From: Psammoneis japonica
Lineage: Eukaryota
Assembly: GCA_008632985.1 (NCBI GenBank)
Contig: QPGO01000019.1
Location: 496,001-560,000 of the forward strand
Direction: 5' to 3'
DNA: 64,000 bases
Shown: positions 37,198-50,712 of the stretch, piece by piece
Numbering within the stretch: the first letter of the stretch is position 1
Layout of the letters: every line of letters begins with the position of its first letter
Program-made: the position numbers and the translations under genes
The notes under the pieces: generated by a model
Told to the model about the DNA's origin: nothing
The model's database searches: none
What the model saw: the letters and a program-made list of their open reading frames with translations, nothing else

Positions 37198-38319
37198 GGC
37201 TTCTGCTATTGAAGGGCGGACTATGATGAAGCTTTGTTTGTGGCTTCGATCGCTGTGGGAGCTGCGATCCGCGATCCATCACAGGAGGCAGGCTCCGGTA
37301 TTTGTACCAGTATTTATTGTGCGTTGTGATCTGTCTTTTGTGTGACGTGGAGGAAGGGCTCGAATGTCTTTTCAGAATACACTTATTGCCATATCAATTT
37401 AAAAAGGGCTCTATCGTTAAATAGCTTATATCTAAATATTTTGTTTGTTAAATGTTATTGCTATTAACTGTACTTTGCTTAATATTTCTTAGGTATGTCG
37501 AAGACAAACTAAAGATAAAACTAAATATTTAAAAATTATCTTTTTGTTTAAGGAGACTATTTGGCAATAAATATATTTCAATAATTGGGAATATTTGTTA
37601 AGATATGTCATATAGCTTGATATTTTCTATTATTTTGATGACATTTCTGCTTTATGACAGGCGGAAAACAAAAAATCAAAACATGCAAGATGTCAGCGGC
37701 AACGTGAGCTAGCTGCTTCCAGCTAGCTATAGACCCTAGTAGAAGTAGATAGATTAGCTAGAGCCCTACAGTAGAGAGAGGGCTACCTACGGTAGAACGG
37801 AGGCAAAACAGAGGGACTGAGGAGATGATGCGAGCTATTCGCATTGATGGAACGAGAGGGTTTTGAGCAAACGAAGAAAAGTGGTGTCAAACTCTCTCTC
37901 TTGGGGGCAGGATCGCCCAACGCTGTTTTGCGCGTTCTATTCGCTCCTGGCATTCCCGTTTCATTCCCGATCGATGATTCAAACACCATCATGGATCTTG
38001 GTAAGAGAATGAAGATCAAGGAGTATATCAAGTGTCCAAAAGAGTAATAATGCTGGAACCATGCTTAGAAAGTCCATCACCATCTGCTCGCTGGAAGTGT
38101 GAACTGGGCGGAAATATGTAGTAGGAAGGGCTGAGGGTGTGCCGTAGCAAAGATTAGGAATAAAGAAATCGAGTTGTTGGTAGGCTGAAAAGGAATATGG
38201 CCGCAGTAGAGGCTCTTTGAAACTCTAACTGCTATAAGATCTGGAATGATCTAGTTATAGACAGAATACATTCCTGCACCCTCCACAAATGCAAAACATG
38301 AACTTCAATTATATATCTA

Positions 38320-40940
38320 CTATGAAGCTGGCTCCGCAAAGAGCAAAGCAAGCAACTCCTGTGTGATGGATCCCAACGCTCCATTTGTCCCCGGGCAATC
38401 CGTCATGACGCAATGAAAACACCTTTTACGAGGGTCCTCATCCGTCATGAGAGTCACCGTCATGTAGAGAGGTTTGGGGTGACGATTGGCAGGAAAGGAA
38501 ATGCAGGGCAAGGTCAAGGCCGCGTAATCCCCGACGCGACTGCTTGCTGTAGAAGAAGAAGAAGCTTTGCTTTCCGTGTCTGTGCTTGGGGTTCTCGTGG
38601 ACGACGAATCTTCCGTCGTTTCCTTGGCGCCATCCCTTTCGGACGAGTCGCGTTTGAGAGCCCGGCCAATCATTTCGAACAGGTTGGAGAGATTGTCGGC
38701 CTCCACGATACTAAAGATCGTCATGCCTTCCGCCTCCTCTTTGGTGAGTCCCGTTGCCTTGAGGAAGAATTCGTTGCCTGTAGTGTTGAGATATAAGAAA
38801 AGAGTCCGTTATTTTCAGTCTGCAACTGAAATGATTTCTGGAACAAGAACGACAACAAAACCCACGAAACTTACACACAACAATCTTTCCAGTTGGCGTG
38901 GCAATAAACTGCGGCACATTGGACGTCAGGAATACCTCTTTGTAATCTAGATGAAAGTTGGGTTCCAAGGAGTTGCGCTCCTGTCGTTTTCGTTTCTTCT
39001 TCCCCTTGACGACAACGTCAGCGTGTCCGTGAGGAGGATCCACAATCCCCTCTCCTCGAACCACCGGCACGGTGGACGAGATGCTTGCGTCCGCCGCTTT
39101 TTTGTCGTCGCTGCCGCCGGCCGACGACCCCTTGTTGCTGTCTGTCATTTCTGAAACACTGGAACTCATCTTGTCTAGTGAAATATTCTGTCCACCAGGT
39201 CCTTCTTCGCCACTCGATGAGTCAGGCGATTCTCCATCGATGCGTCTCTTCTTATTACACGAACAATTATCTTGGTTTTTGTCCTCGTCACTGCCGGACG
39301 ACGCCGACACCTTGGCTGCTGCGGGTGCACTGCCATCGGTGAGGCTCGACACGACGCTCTCGGGATCCGACCGTGCTTCCTGGAGTGCCTTGTCTTCAGC
39401 CAGCTTGCACTCCTTGACGGTAAGGTCCAGCTTGGCCTGTTCGACAGCGGCTTCCTTTTCTTGTGTCGTCTTGATGAGGTGCTTGACGTAGTCAGCACAA
39501 CTGTGATGTAAATAAGCGGCGGCAAAGTGGTAAGACAACATAATATACAAAATACCAATCAAATCCAAAATCAATAGACATGATAACTCACGTTGTCAGT
39601 GTATGATACTTGCTCTTGAGTTCTACTCTCCATCCCCCCTTTTCAATACTGACGCGCAGCTTTTCAATCAATTCCGTAATTTTTTGCGCCCGCTTTTGTT
39701 CTCGTTCGTTGCGTTCTTTTGCGCTACCCCGTTTGCTGCCGTGATGCCGTCCATCCACCAATTGAACATTGCTTGGTGGAAGAGAGTTTGATGAGAGTGG
39801 TAGAATGGGATTGCTCAAAGCATTAACTTGCGGATGAAAGCCATTCACGGCCATGCCGTAATGGTACGAGTTGTTATCTTGCGTAATGGGAATGCCGTGC
39901 ATGCGTTGTGACTGAATAAAGTTGGTGCGCAATTCACAGGGTGCGTCAAACAAGAGAAAGGGCGGAGCAGCGGCAGCCTCTGTGTTCGACTTGTTGCTAG
40001 GAGACTTGACCTTTTTGTTGGTGGTTTGTACTTGTGGCGGTGGGGGTGCCAGTGGAGCTGGCTGGGCGGCAGCTGCCGGTGTTGCTCCCATTTGTTGTTG
40101 CAGCATGGACATGAAGCTGTTGCTCGCCGCAACGGTTTGAGTGACGTGAAGTAATGGATTAAACATCATGGGTTGGCCACCATTTGCTTGGTAAGGCGCC
40201 GACGATGGCATGGCAAGGGGATGGAGCTGTTGATGATTCGTAGCTTGTTGAGGTGCAAAAGATGACGAGGCTTGCTGCTGCTGTTGATGTGACTGTAGTG
40301 CTGCTTGGTACTGTGTGAGTTGCGGTTGCTGTGCAGTCGCAGCGTCGGATGGTTGTGCTGTTGCGGATACCGCAGCGGTCTTTGCTGCGGGAGCAGCAAC
40401 GGCTCCCAAGTACGCGTAGTCCTGAGGAAGGACAGTGTTTGCTTGAGCCACAACCGGCGCATACGCCTGAGCTGTTAGATGCTGAGGAAGGACCGCTGGC
40501 GAAGGACCAGACGAAGCTTGCTGTAGCTGTGTCAATACTGCAGGAGACTGCTGCGTCTTTGATACAAGCTGCTGGTACAAATGAGGTGGGAGAGTGAAGT
40601 GGTTGTTTGCCCATGCCGCTGCTGTTGTCGGATCTGGTATTGGGGCAGTCGGTGCTGCTGTATTCGCGGCTAGAGCCTGGACTGCTACAGGAGCCGGTGC
40701 AGTTCCCTCGCAAGCCGCTGCGGTTGTTGGTATACTTGTTGACTTTGGCTGTACTCCTTCCACTTGGAACGACGGCAATCGCATAAACCCCGGGCGAGCT
40801 GTTGTTTCCGTGTTTGGTTTGGCCGCTTTTCGTGTCCCCGCTGTTGCCGCCGACATTTCCGCCACGTCTTCTTGCCAATTCAAGAGCGACGAATCAAAGT
40901 CTGCGTTCAGCGTCAGGTCCATCTTTTCGTTTTCTTCCAT
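38320..40940 (-). CDS. bHLH-PAS transcription factor (diatom type), 3 exons
   Basis: Q/P/A-rich N-terminus. bHLH: RNEREQKRAQKITELIEKLR..KSKYHTLT|TCADYVKHL across intron 39591-39501. PAS-like: LDYKEVFLTSNVPQFIATPTGKIVV|CNEFFLKATGLT..MTIFSIV across intron 38874-38778. Confidence 0.88.
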
Positions 40941-43900
40941 GCTATTATTGTACTGTTGGATCCAGAATCTGTCAGAACTGTCTTACGATGTATCCATCAC
41001 CGATAAACCGAATGCGTGCCGTAACGAGAACTCTGAACAGTCAAAATAAGTCAATGACGAGGCTGAAGGGTGAGAAACAGTCTCGGAGCTTGATGATTCG
41101 CTGTAGTAGTGCAGCAGATTGTTTAGATCAGGCGTGCAAGAAAAAGTGATGTTGGTACCGGTATTGGAAAGTGCTTTCGCATCAATCAACAGAAAACGCA
41201 GATGCTCGTGATGTGTGGAGATTCAAAATGACAGATGTTTTGTGGGTGACCCACACCACTCGCAAGTCCCTTGACCTCACAATCAACAAAACAGCTGTTT
41301 CCTTCAACAAAACGAGAAAACAGGTGGCGGTTTTAACACGAATGACCGCACTCCGAGTCCGAAACAGCGAAATAAATCGCATACTCGGAAAACGAGAAGC
41401 ACGTGACGCATGACGTGTCTCTGACCAGCTGGCGAGTGCCACCGACACGACAGGAAAAAACGAAGAAAACATCAACAACCGTCGAGTCCAAAACACGCGT
41501 CTCTCACGATGAACACAAATTATTGTCATGCACAAATAACATACCTCTGTGTGTGTGATGAGTGCGCTTGTCAAAGTGATGCAATCTGCAACAGCAATAA
41601 GAGGAGAGCTTAGAGCTTGTAGATTGTGGTTCTTTTGTGTGGGTCGGGTCGTGAGTTGATTTATGGGCAGATGGCGATTGTTGAAGTGGCGCAGGAGTTC
41701 TGCTTATCATAGTACGCAAAAAATCGTATGTAGAATCTACGTGATTTTCGGTATGTTCATTCTGTTGAGAAGCAGTGACGTAAGCATTGCGAAATAAATA
41801 TAAAATATACATAATCGCATAAGTAAGTCGCAGAAGCAGCATGATGTGGCTTTGTCAGTGCAAGATTCAGCGTTGCAATCGTGAGGGCAACTCACCCATG
41901 CCTCAGAGGCTCGCGAGTTCCCTCATCTCAGTTTAGCTCCAAACGTCCACGCTGGAAGGATGACACTGGTCTGTCCCTGTGCCGATGCTAAAATCGACAC
42001 TCATGGTCCTGCTCCAATGGCACAAAAGCAGAGAAAAACACTCAGTGCTGTCGACTCGGCTGAAGACATCACCCGGTGTGCACGAGCTGGCTGTGCAATG
42101 CCTTGATGAGAAGATCAACTTGGTGCCAGCTGCAGCATGATTCAAGTTCTGCTTGCTGATTTTGTTGAAATTCATCCACGAAACTCAGCTCTGCATTTTT
42201 CGCACATGTGTGTTCACAAAACTGCACAAAATTTCCCTTTTCGGCACACCTTTGTGCCCGCACATGAATTGTCGCCAAAACAAAATGTTGGAGAGAGCCA
42301 CTGTGCAGTGCATCAGCACAAGTGCCTTGCACAACCTCTTTTTGATGGATTGCCTGTCACACACTGCAGGTGCCGGCGCACCTGCTGTGCGGCCCTTCTC
42401 CTGCTGCTTTGCTTTTGTGCTGACTTCAGGAAGTCTTGGCTGCACCACATGGTTGGCGTGAGAAAATCACATGATGTCATGCCACTGCAGCACTCTTCTT
42501 CTTTCTTGACATTGGCGCAAGTGTCAATGTGATGACTCGCTGTTGCTCTTCTGAGAAAGCTTTCCTCTTTGCCACAAATGCAAAAGACAAGGAGAGGCTT
42601 GACTCTCTCCTCAAAAAGGCAGAAAGCTTTTCCACATCCGGTGCACTGCTGAAAGTTTTTGTCAAGAACAAAATTGCAGGAGAAGAGACAGAGATTGAGG
42701 TTGACATTTGCAATCCTCACGTTGGGTGCAGCATGAACAGCCCCGATGATCGCAAATGTGAAAGCAACTTCTTCAGGAGGAGTTGTCATCAGAGAAAAGG
42801 AGGCATGGAAAGGCTCCACTTGTCCAGCGAGTTCAATTCCAACACTCCACTAGAAGGCCATCAGACAGTGGTGGAGCATGTCACCAAGGCTTTCAATGCA
42901 TCTGGTGGCTGGTGGTGGCATCATTGCCACTGGCAGCTTTTCAGCCAAATTGTTGGATGTTGTCTTGAGATGCAAGAACCGCCACAGGATTGGCAAGACA
43001 AAGGACAATGATGGAAGGGAAGAAGAAGGGTCCAGCCCCTTGGCAAAGAAAATGACAATGGCAAGGCCACCAGCTGATGACGACACATGTGACTGGAGAA
43101 GCCAACTGCATTTTGAGCCATCGGAAACAAACACACTTGTTGGTGGATGGCTCTTTTTCAAGAACGGTGCTGGCAATTTCAAAAAGATGTGCAAGAGCAC
43201 ACCAGCAAGAAATGGTCAGAAGAGCCACCCCCCACCTTGATGAAAAACAAGCTCAAAACAGTCAATGATGACACAGATGTCAATTTGGGCTCCCAGTTGA
43301 TGGCGATGACATTCCAGCAGCACACTGGCCTTGCCATCATTGCACCAGGATGTTGAAGAACTGCCACCCCCCTCTGTTGGCCACGTCACATGGAACAATG
43401 TCGCTGACAGAGCAAGTTGTTGCCAAACATGTCAGCAACAGCAGTGCATCTGTTTTGTGCTTGATTGTTTCCATGTGTGTGTCTTGGACTGCACCCCGCC
43501 AAAGCCACTGCACTCGGGCAATTTCTGGTGCTGGAATGCAAAGAATCAAAGCCGTCATTCACAAAGCACCATCAACATCTCATCCACAAATGCACAATTG
43601 TCGCAACCAGAAAATGTGTGTGTGGGCGGTGAGTGAAAGTGACTTTGTGAAAACATTGAGAGCATGAGAACAGCAGACCAATGAAGTTCTGCAGCAAACT
43701 TGCTTGGTCACAGAGCATCAGGGATGAGCTCAACAGGGATCACAGTGGCAACAATGGCGAAGATGATGTTGAGAACATGCTGGCAGAACTTGGCAGAGGC
43801 ACCTTTGTCACAGTTCTTGTCACTGGAGCCTTCAAGATGGCCACACGCACCACTGGTTGCTGTGCCAGTTGCATCATGGTGTGCCCTTTCTGTCTGTGGC

Positions 43901-44510
43901 ACAAGATGACAAAGAACTGCTTTGGCCGACCATTGGCTGATGGTCTGCAGCAAGCCCAAGAGGCAAGGTCATTGAGACAGGGACATTCTGCAAGGACGAA
44001 ATGAGGAATTCCTTGAAGTCCTCCTTCACAATGCATCTGTGATTCAAAACAAAAACAGAAAATGCTTTCAAAGAGAACAGTGACCTGAATTTTTTTGACA
44101 CAATGAGAAAGGAAAAGAACAAACAACACAACAATGTGCCAAACAAAAATCACAGCCACTGCAAGAACACATCCAAATGAGAAAATGGCAACATCATCAT
44201 GTCCAGCACCCTTTGCAGCAGAACAATGTGACTTGTCAAAATTGCACACTGGGGGCAGGGACACACGGACAGGTGGTGACACAGTGGCTCTCGTGATTGC
44301 ATGCTGGTCACAATCATGTTGTGTCCCCAGCTTCACGATTTTTCTCTTATTTCATTGCTCATTGCTGCAACTGACATTTGGAGCTGGGTTCCAGCAGAGA
44401 ACCAGGAAGGCCATTTTGCATTGTGGAGTGCTGCTTTGCAGCCCTGAAGAAATGAAGACTGTTTGGGACACACTGAATGTGAGTCCATCCAAAATCAAGC
44501 ATGAGAATGA

Positions 44511-44755
44511 TGACAGGATTTGAACAAGATTTTAGTTCATCACACACAATTGTGTGTGCTCTCAGCTCCACTCGCATCACGCGATGTAGTTTGCTTTTGA
44601 GCCACATGGCTCACAAGAACAATGACAGCAGCACCAACATCATGACACCAGTCTTTTGGCTCCTGCAACGGTCTCTGCACAGAGACTCATCTGCTGTTTA
44701 GACAGCAGTGAGGAGATGTTGTTTTCTTCCACCCAGTCATCTTCAACTTCTGTCA
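44511..44755 (+). repeat. 5' LTR (245 bp)
   Basis: TG...CA termini; aligns end to end with 48592-48835. Confidence 0.93.
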
Positions 44756-47700
44756 GATTGACAGTCTGCTCATCTTCATCCATTGAGCGTTCATCATTGT
44801 CATCAAGAAAAATTTTGACAACGCACACCGTTGGTGGTGGAAGCACACACCTGCCTTCTCACTGCTGGATGTTGGATTGAATCTGCACATTTGGACTTGT
44901 CCAACACCTTGTGTCGTTGGACACATTTGTTCAACGGATGTTTGTTTGGTCAGGAATTCCCAAACTCTTGGACATCCAAGATTCCGGATTCCCTGCAGCA
45001 GATTCTACCCTGGTTGGCAGACAGACAAATCCATCCGCTCGCGTTCACGCGCACACGACACAAACCCTTGACTCTGGCCCTGCTTCGTGCATGCCAAGTC
45101 TACGCCTCTTATCTGCGCCGGATTGCTGGTCTTCTACAGTCCCACAAGGTCCACAAGGACAACTGTGAGAGGAAGCAGTTCGTGATTGCAGCCTGCATTG
45201 GGGCAAGGGTGCATTTCCCACGTTTTTTCATCCATCCACAGCGCCAAATTTGGCCGCCTGATCGGGTTGTCCAACCGACACAAAATGAGAACGGTTCGGA
45301 GGTCTTGTCCACCTCCAGCTGGCTTGTCAGCGGGGGTTTTTAACCCATTGCTCCGCTCTCAGGCAACCCAAGGCGTCACCAGCTGCGGGTTTGGACATGC
45401 CGGCACAACTCTGCGGACCGGATGGGAAGCTTGGCACTTGACTGCAAACGGGATGTCACAGCCTGGTGGCTTCTGACTCATGAGATGGTCTCCAAGACTT
45501 CAAATCAAGATTCAAGTCAAGTTTCAAGTCATTTCAAGTTCACCCTCGACTCCATCCAGCCCCAACACCCACCCAGTTGCAACATGGTTCTCACCAGGCA
45601 GCAACAAATCGATGGCCTTGAGCACATTCTAGGCACTGTTCTGGATCAAGCCGCAGACAGTCCATTGCACAATGCCCTCAACATTGATGGAACTGACTCG
45701 CACCAGGATCTCTTCACTTTTACTCCGACGCAACTGGATGCCCTGTTTCACAATGACGGCGCCAATCAGATGCCCTTGCCGCATGGTTACAAAGCACAGA
45801 CAGCTGCGCTGATTTGCCTGCACATGGTGAAAGCGCGCAGCGGTGCCAATGTTGGCAATGACCCTCACTTGTTCACACATGCTGAGTTCACTGACTGTCA
45901 TCTTAGCCCTGAGCACGCAGCATCCCTTTCCATGGGTGCAGCACCATCTGCTCCCACTCCTGGCTTGTTGCCACCCAAACCATGTGATCCCACGTGTGAC
46001 TTTAAACAAGGCATCAAACGTGACCCCCTCACCTTTGCAACTCTCAAGTCTGACAAACAGTGGCACACATGGCACACCTCCATCATCGCACAGGCCCGCT
46101 CCCAAGATGTCGACCACATGCTCGATCCAACGTACAAGCCCTCCACAGCTGAGGACAAGGCCCTGTTTGATGAACAACAGAAATGCATGTTCGTCACATT
46201 CAAATGCACCTTGCAGAACAACAAAGGCAAGGCACTTGTTTGTGAACATGTTGGCTCCTCTGATGCCCAAGCAGTGCATCGTGACCTGTCCAAGTGTGCC
46301 CTTGCATCTGCTCGCGCATCCCTGGAGTCCTTGACTCTTCTCACGCATCTCACCACTGCTCGCCTTGGTGATGGCACCTGGAAAGATCCACCCATGCCTT
46401 CATGCTTCACTGGCAGGACCAGCTTTGCAAGTGTGAAGCTCTTGTTCTGAGTGCAGACCACTTCTCTGCTGGCCAGAAATGCGCCATGGTTGAGAACGCC
46501 GTTCATCCTGTCAAAGAACTTCGTTTGGTGAAGAATCAAGCCGATCAGTTTCGCGCGCAGAATGGCAGAGGCCTCTTGTGCGAACAGTGCTGTGGGCTCC
46601 CACTTTCAGCAGTGGCACAGCACGACAGCACGTTCACCCCCAAGATGGCTCCACCCATCCCTCACCTTGTCATCTACAAACATGACCTGGCACCCAACAA
46701 CCATGATGATGATGCATTCTTCAACATTGACAGTGACGTTGACATCATTCAGGCTTGTGCTGCTCAAACCTGCAGCTCTTTTCTCATCAGGGAACAGTGG
46801 CACCACATTTTGCCAGACCACCAGTGCATTTGGGGCAGCCCACCGCAGTCCACCAAGGCCATCATCCTTGGATTGCGCAACCCCTGTTCCGGCAACTGCC
46901 ACGAGTTGGAAGGTGTCAGCCTCCATGAGGACCTCCATCTTGGAAGTGATGGCGACATTGATTTGTGTGTCAACACTCATGATCTTGCCTTGACCGCTGC
47001 ACCACCCACTGATGCACATGACAGGATGGACAACAACCTCATCCTGGCACATCTCATGAAGTGCAAGCCTCTGCTGCCCAGCAATCTGCAGCATCTTCTC
47101 TTGCCTGACAAACTGCTCCTACGCTTTCAATGGCGGGAACCCGTGCACTGCCACCTTGACTGTTCTGACTGGCCGTCTGAATCCTGCAAGTTGCATGGTC
47201 ACTTCGTTGGCATTGCCGAGCATGTCAGTCATCAGATGACATTCAAGATCCTCTCTGATGACACTCAGAATGTTCCCTGTTGCTCGAACATGCATTCCGC
47301 CCACAATCCGTCTGCCCCTGACCTGCGTCTTGACCCTCCTGACAAGGAATCAGCTGAACCTGTCATTAAATCCCGACATGACCCCAACTGATTCAATGGA
47401 TTCACCCAATGGGGAGGTGATCAGGATGCCCAAAATGCCGGTCGTTGCCCCCGAGGATGTCATTGGACGCACCTTCCTTGTGAAGCCACAAGAGGACAGA
47501 CAACACCACAGAGCTTGTGTCGTCAAAGCCGTTGAGGACCATGACTGGAAAATTGGAGACAATCCCAAACTGGTCAAGTTCATTTGCTCCATCAACAATG
47601 ATGAGTGCGAGGAAGTCCCAGCCTGCAACAACATCATGCACCACATCAATCAAGAAGACAAGGACACCACCCTCTGGAAGTTCCGATGCATCGCATCACA

Positions 47701-48591
47701 CAAAGGACCATTGTGACCCCACCATGATCCCTCTTGGAAAGGCTCAAGCTACAACGTCATGCTTGAATGGGAGAATGGGGAGATCACGTCCAAACCCCTT
47801 GCCATCATTGCCAAGGACAATCCCATCACCTGTGCCATCTGCGCACATGAGCACGGCCTCCTTGAAACTGAAAGATGGAGACATTTCCGCAAGACAGCTC
47901 TGCATCAGAAGAAGCCATTCTGCATGGCCAATTGAGCCAAGTTGCGCTCCTTTCATGCTGTGCCACAATGCAAGCATGAGCATGAAGTGCCCCGGGGCCA
48001 CAAGCATGCCTTGGCCCTTGATGAGCACAATGGCAAGCACAAGTGGGGAGATGCAACAGACCTTGAGATGACTCAGCTGGGTGAGTGCCATGTTCTCTAC
48101 AACTGTGGACACTGCAAGGACTCCAGTGCCCAAGCAGGACACAAGAAGATTGGGGTGCATCTCATCTGTGACATCAAACATGACGGACGGAACAAGATGC
48201 GACTTGTTGCTGATGGACACCTCACAGAGGCACCTGTTGACAGTCTGCGCATCACTTCACGTCACCTTGGCGTCCCCATTCATGAAACATGTCACATGTT
48301 TGGGGACAACAAGTTGGTTGTGGATGGTGCTGCCATCCCACACTCCAAGTTACACAAGCAACACACCACCCTCTCATTCCATCGTGCACGTGAGGCAATT
48401 GCCTCCGGTTTCCTTGAGTTTCATTTCATTGAAGGCTCCCGCAACCCAGCTGACATCCTCAGCAAGCATTGGGGTTGCTCTCAAGTCTGGAACCTCCTTC
48501 ATCCTAAAATGTTTTGGAGCTTCAATCCCAAGGCTTTCAACCAATCTGACTTTGAATCTGTCACTGTTGACCCCTCAAGCAAACTGGGGAG

Positions 48592-48835
48592 TGACAGGAT
48601 TTGAACAAGATTTTAGTTTGTCACACACAATTGTGTGCGCTCTTGGTTCTGCATGCGTCACCGATGCAGTTTGCTTTCAAGCCACATGGCTCACAAGAAT
48701 GACAACAGCAGTGCCAATGTCACGACACCAGTCTTTCGGCTCCTGTGATGGTCTCTGCATGGAGACTCATCTGCCATTTAGACAGCAGTGAGGAGTTGTT
48801 GTTTTCTTCCACCCAGTCATCTTCAATTTCTGTCA
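48592..48835 (+). repeat. 3' LTR (244 bp)
   Basis: Follows the purine tract, has TG...CA termini and is followed by the TSD. Confidence 0.93.
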
Positions 48836-50712
48836 AATGAGGCAGCCATGGGTCAGGGAAAGGGCTCAACTGGGTGGGCTGCTTGTTCCTGTGCTCCCAT
48901 TTTGGTTGTTGAGTGGAAGGGCTTTGACAGTTTGGCAGCTGCAGAGGGAAACCGTGACTGAAACCAGCAACTCGTCAACTTCAATTTGACCACCAGGTTT
49001 GAAATGGATCTAGATTCTTTTTTGAGCAAGGAGCGTGCAATGGCCACCATTGCTTTGTTCCTGAGCAAGCTCTCCATTCTATGCTGCAATCTTGTGGATG
49101 GCATCTGTTTTCCTCAGAGAAATTCTGAGCTGACCGCAAAGCCTGACATTGTGGCTGTGTGAGCAAGGATGACACAAGACTTCATGTTGGGACTTCCGAA
49201 GATGACTGTCTCCATCCCCACAACCTGGCAAGAGGGTGCAAACTCAATGAGAAAATGCTCAGTTGATTCAATCATTGTGTGGGTTCCCTCTTGAAACCAT
49301 GCCAGATTAGAAACTCTGGTTTTTGAAGCAAATGATGATGTGAATGGCTTGAACAGCAGCGCCAAGGCTCACAACATCATTGTCAATCACTGGGAGGTCT
49401 CACAAGACTTTGATGCAGAGAAACAGCAAAAGCAAGAGCCACTCTCTGCACAATGGCCCATTGCAAAGAGAAAGATCTTTCATCTTGTTTGTCAAATGCA
49501 TGGTCACATGGTTGCTGATGAGTGCTGATGCGGAGTTTTTCACACTGGTGACAGGAGGTGGATCTTTTGCAGGCGGATGAGCAATGGTGCACTCTTGTTG
49601 TCTCAAGCACTGTTTGGTGGGATGAAACCTCTCCATCTGTCCTCTAAGCTGCAAAGACTCTCACTGGATTTGATGACCATTGTTTGGGAGCCACTGTTGG
49701 CATTCATCCTTGTTCATTGGCATCCAAAGCACCTGCCAAAAAAGAGCTGAAATCATCACCCAAACCTCCCCCGATGCCCCCAAGCTGAAAGGACGACCAT
49801 GGTGGCAGGGAGCCAACAGGGAGAGGGAAAGACAACAAGACAAATGACACTCTAAATCTGGCAGCAACCCTGTTGTCCTGGGAGTGCGATGCATTTGACA
49901 AGACAGACAAAGTTCTGCTGCTGATGATGCCAAAGTGTCCTCATGTCTTGGCAAAAATGATGCAACAGAACCCGAGCTTGTGCCATGTTGCCCAGGAAAT
50001 GGCACACAAAGCAGAGTTTTACAAAGGGTTGCAGGGTTGGAAGGATGCAGAACAAGTCCTTCCTGGGTTTCACGGTCACAACACTCACTTGGTGGCTGTG
50101 GCCGTTGAGCTGCTTTGAGCTTGAGTCGGATGATTTTGATGACATTGCCATCAAAAACGTGTCAGTGGCACCAAAGCATCCAGCAGCACATGCAGTTGAG
50201 TTAGAGAAGTCTTTGCTTCTTCATTGACTGTGAGCCATCTTCATCCGCAAATCAAAGAATGGACAAGAAGCAGCAAGTGTTCGTGATTTGCGATCGCGAG
50301 TCACGTGCAGCAGGTCAGAGTGTTCTTGCTCGACACATCAAATGCGCGTGCATGCACCATGTTCAGTTGCCTGTGTGCTTTGTTTGCTCGTGAGTGTTGC
50401 ACATGATGCTGCGATCATGTAGAATGCACAGCGTTGCACATGAAATTGACACCTTTTAGAAGTGGTGGACATGGCATTGTGAATTGCACGTTCGGTCATG
50501 AATGTGGTCCAATGCACCAAAACTCCTCGAGCAGAAAAACGCCAAATTAAAAGCACCCATGCAATTTTGCCCACGTGTTCTCAGTTTTCACTTTGCTGTT
50601 GCAGCTCAGCCAGCAGAGGCCTGCAGTGCTTTGCTTCTCGTGCGGCCGCATTGACTGTCTGCCAGTGCCATGCTTTCTCAAACTTGCTTGTCTTGCAGGT
50701 TGTTGATGCACC

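Larger units (their letters stand above)
44511..48835 (+). mobile_element. Internally deleted Ty1/copia (CoDi-type) element with both LTRs and a 5-bp TSD (AATGA)
   Basis: LTRs TGACAG...CTGTCA with AATGA at 44506-44510 and 48836-48840, and a TGGGGAG purine tract before the 3' LTR. gag: FKQGIKRDP..AQARSQDV..KGKALV. Integrase tail: LLRFQWREPV..GHFVGIAEHV. RT start: KIGVHLICDIKHDGRNKMRLVADGHLT. RNase H: MFGDN..HSKLHK..LSFHRAREAIA..NPADILSK. Confidence 0.95.
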
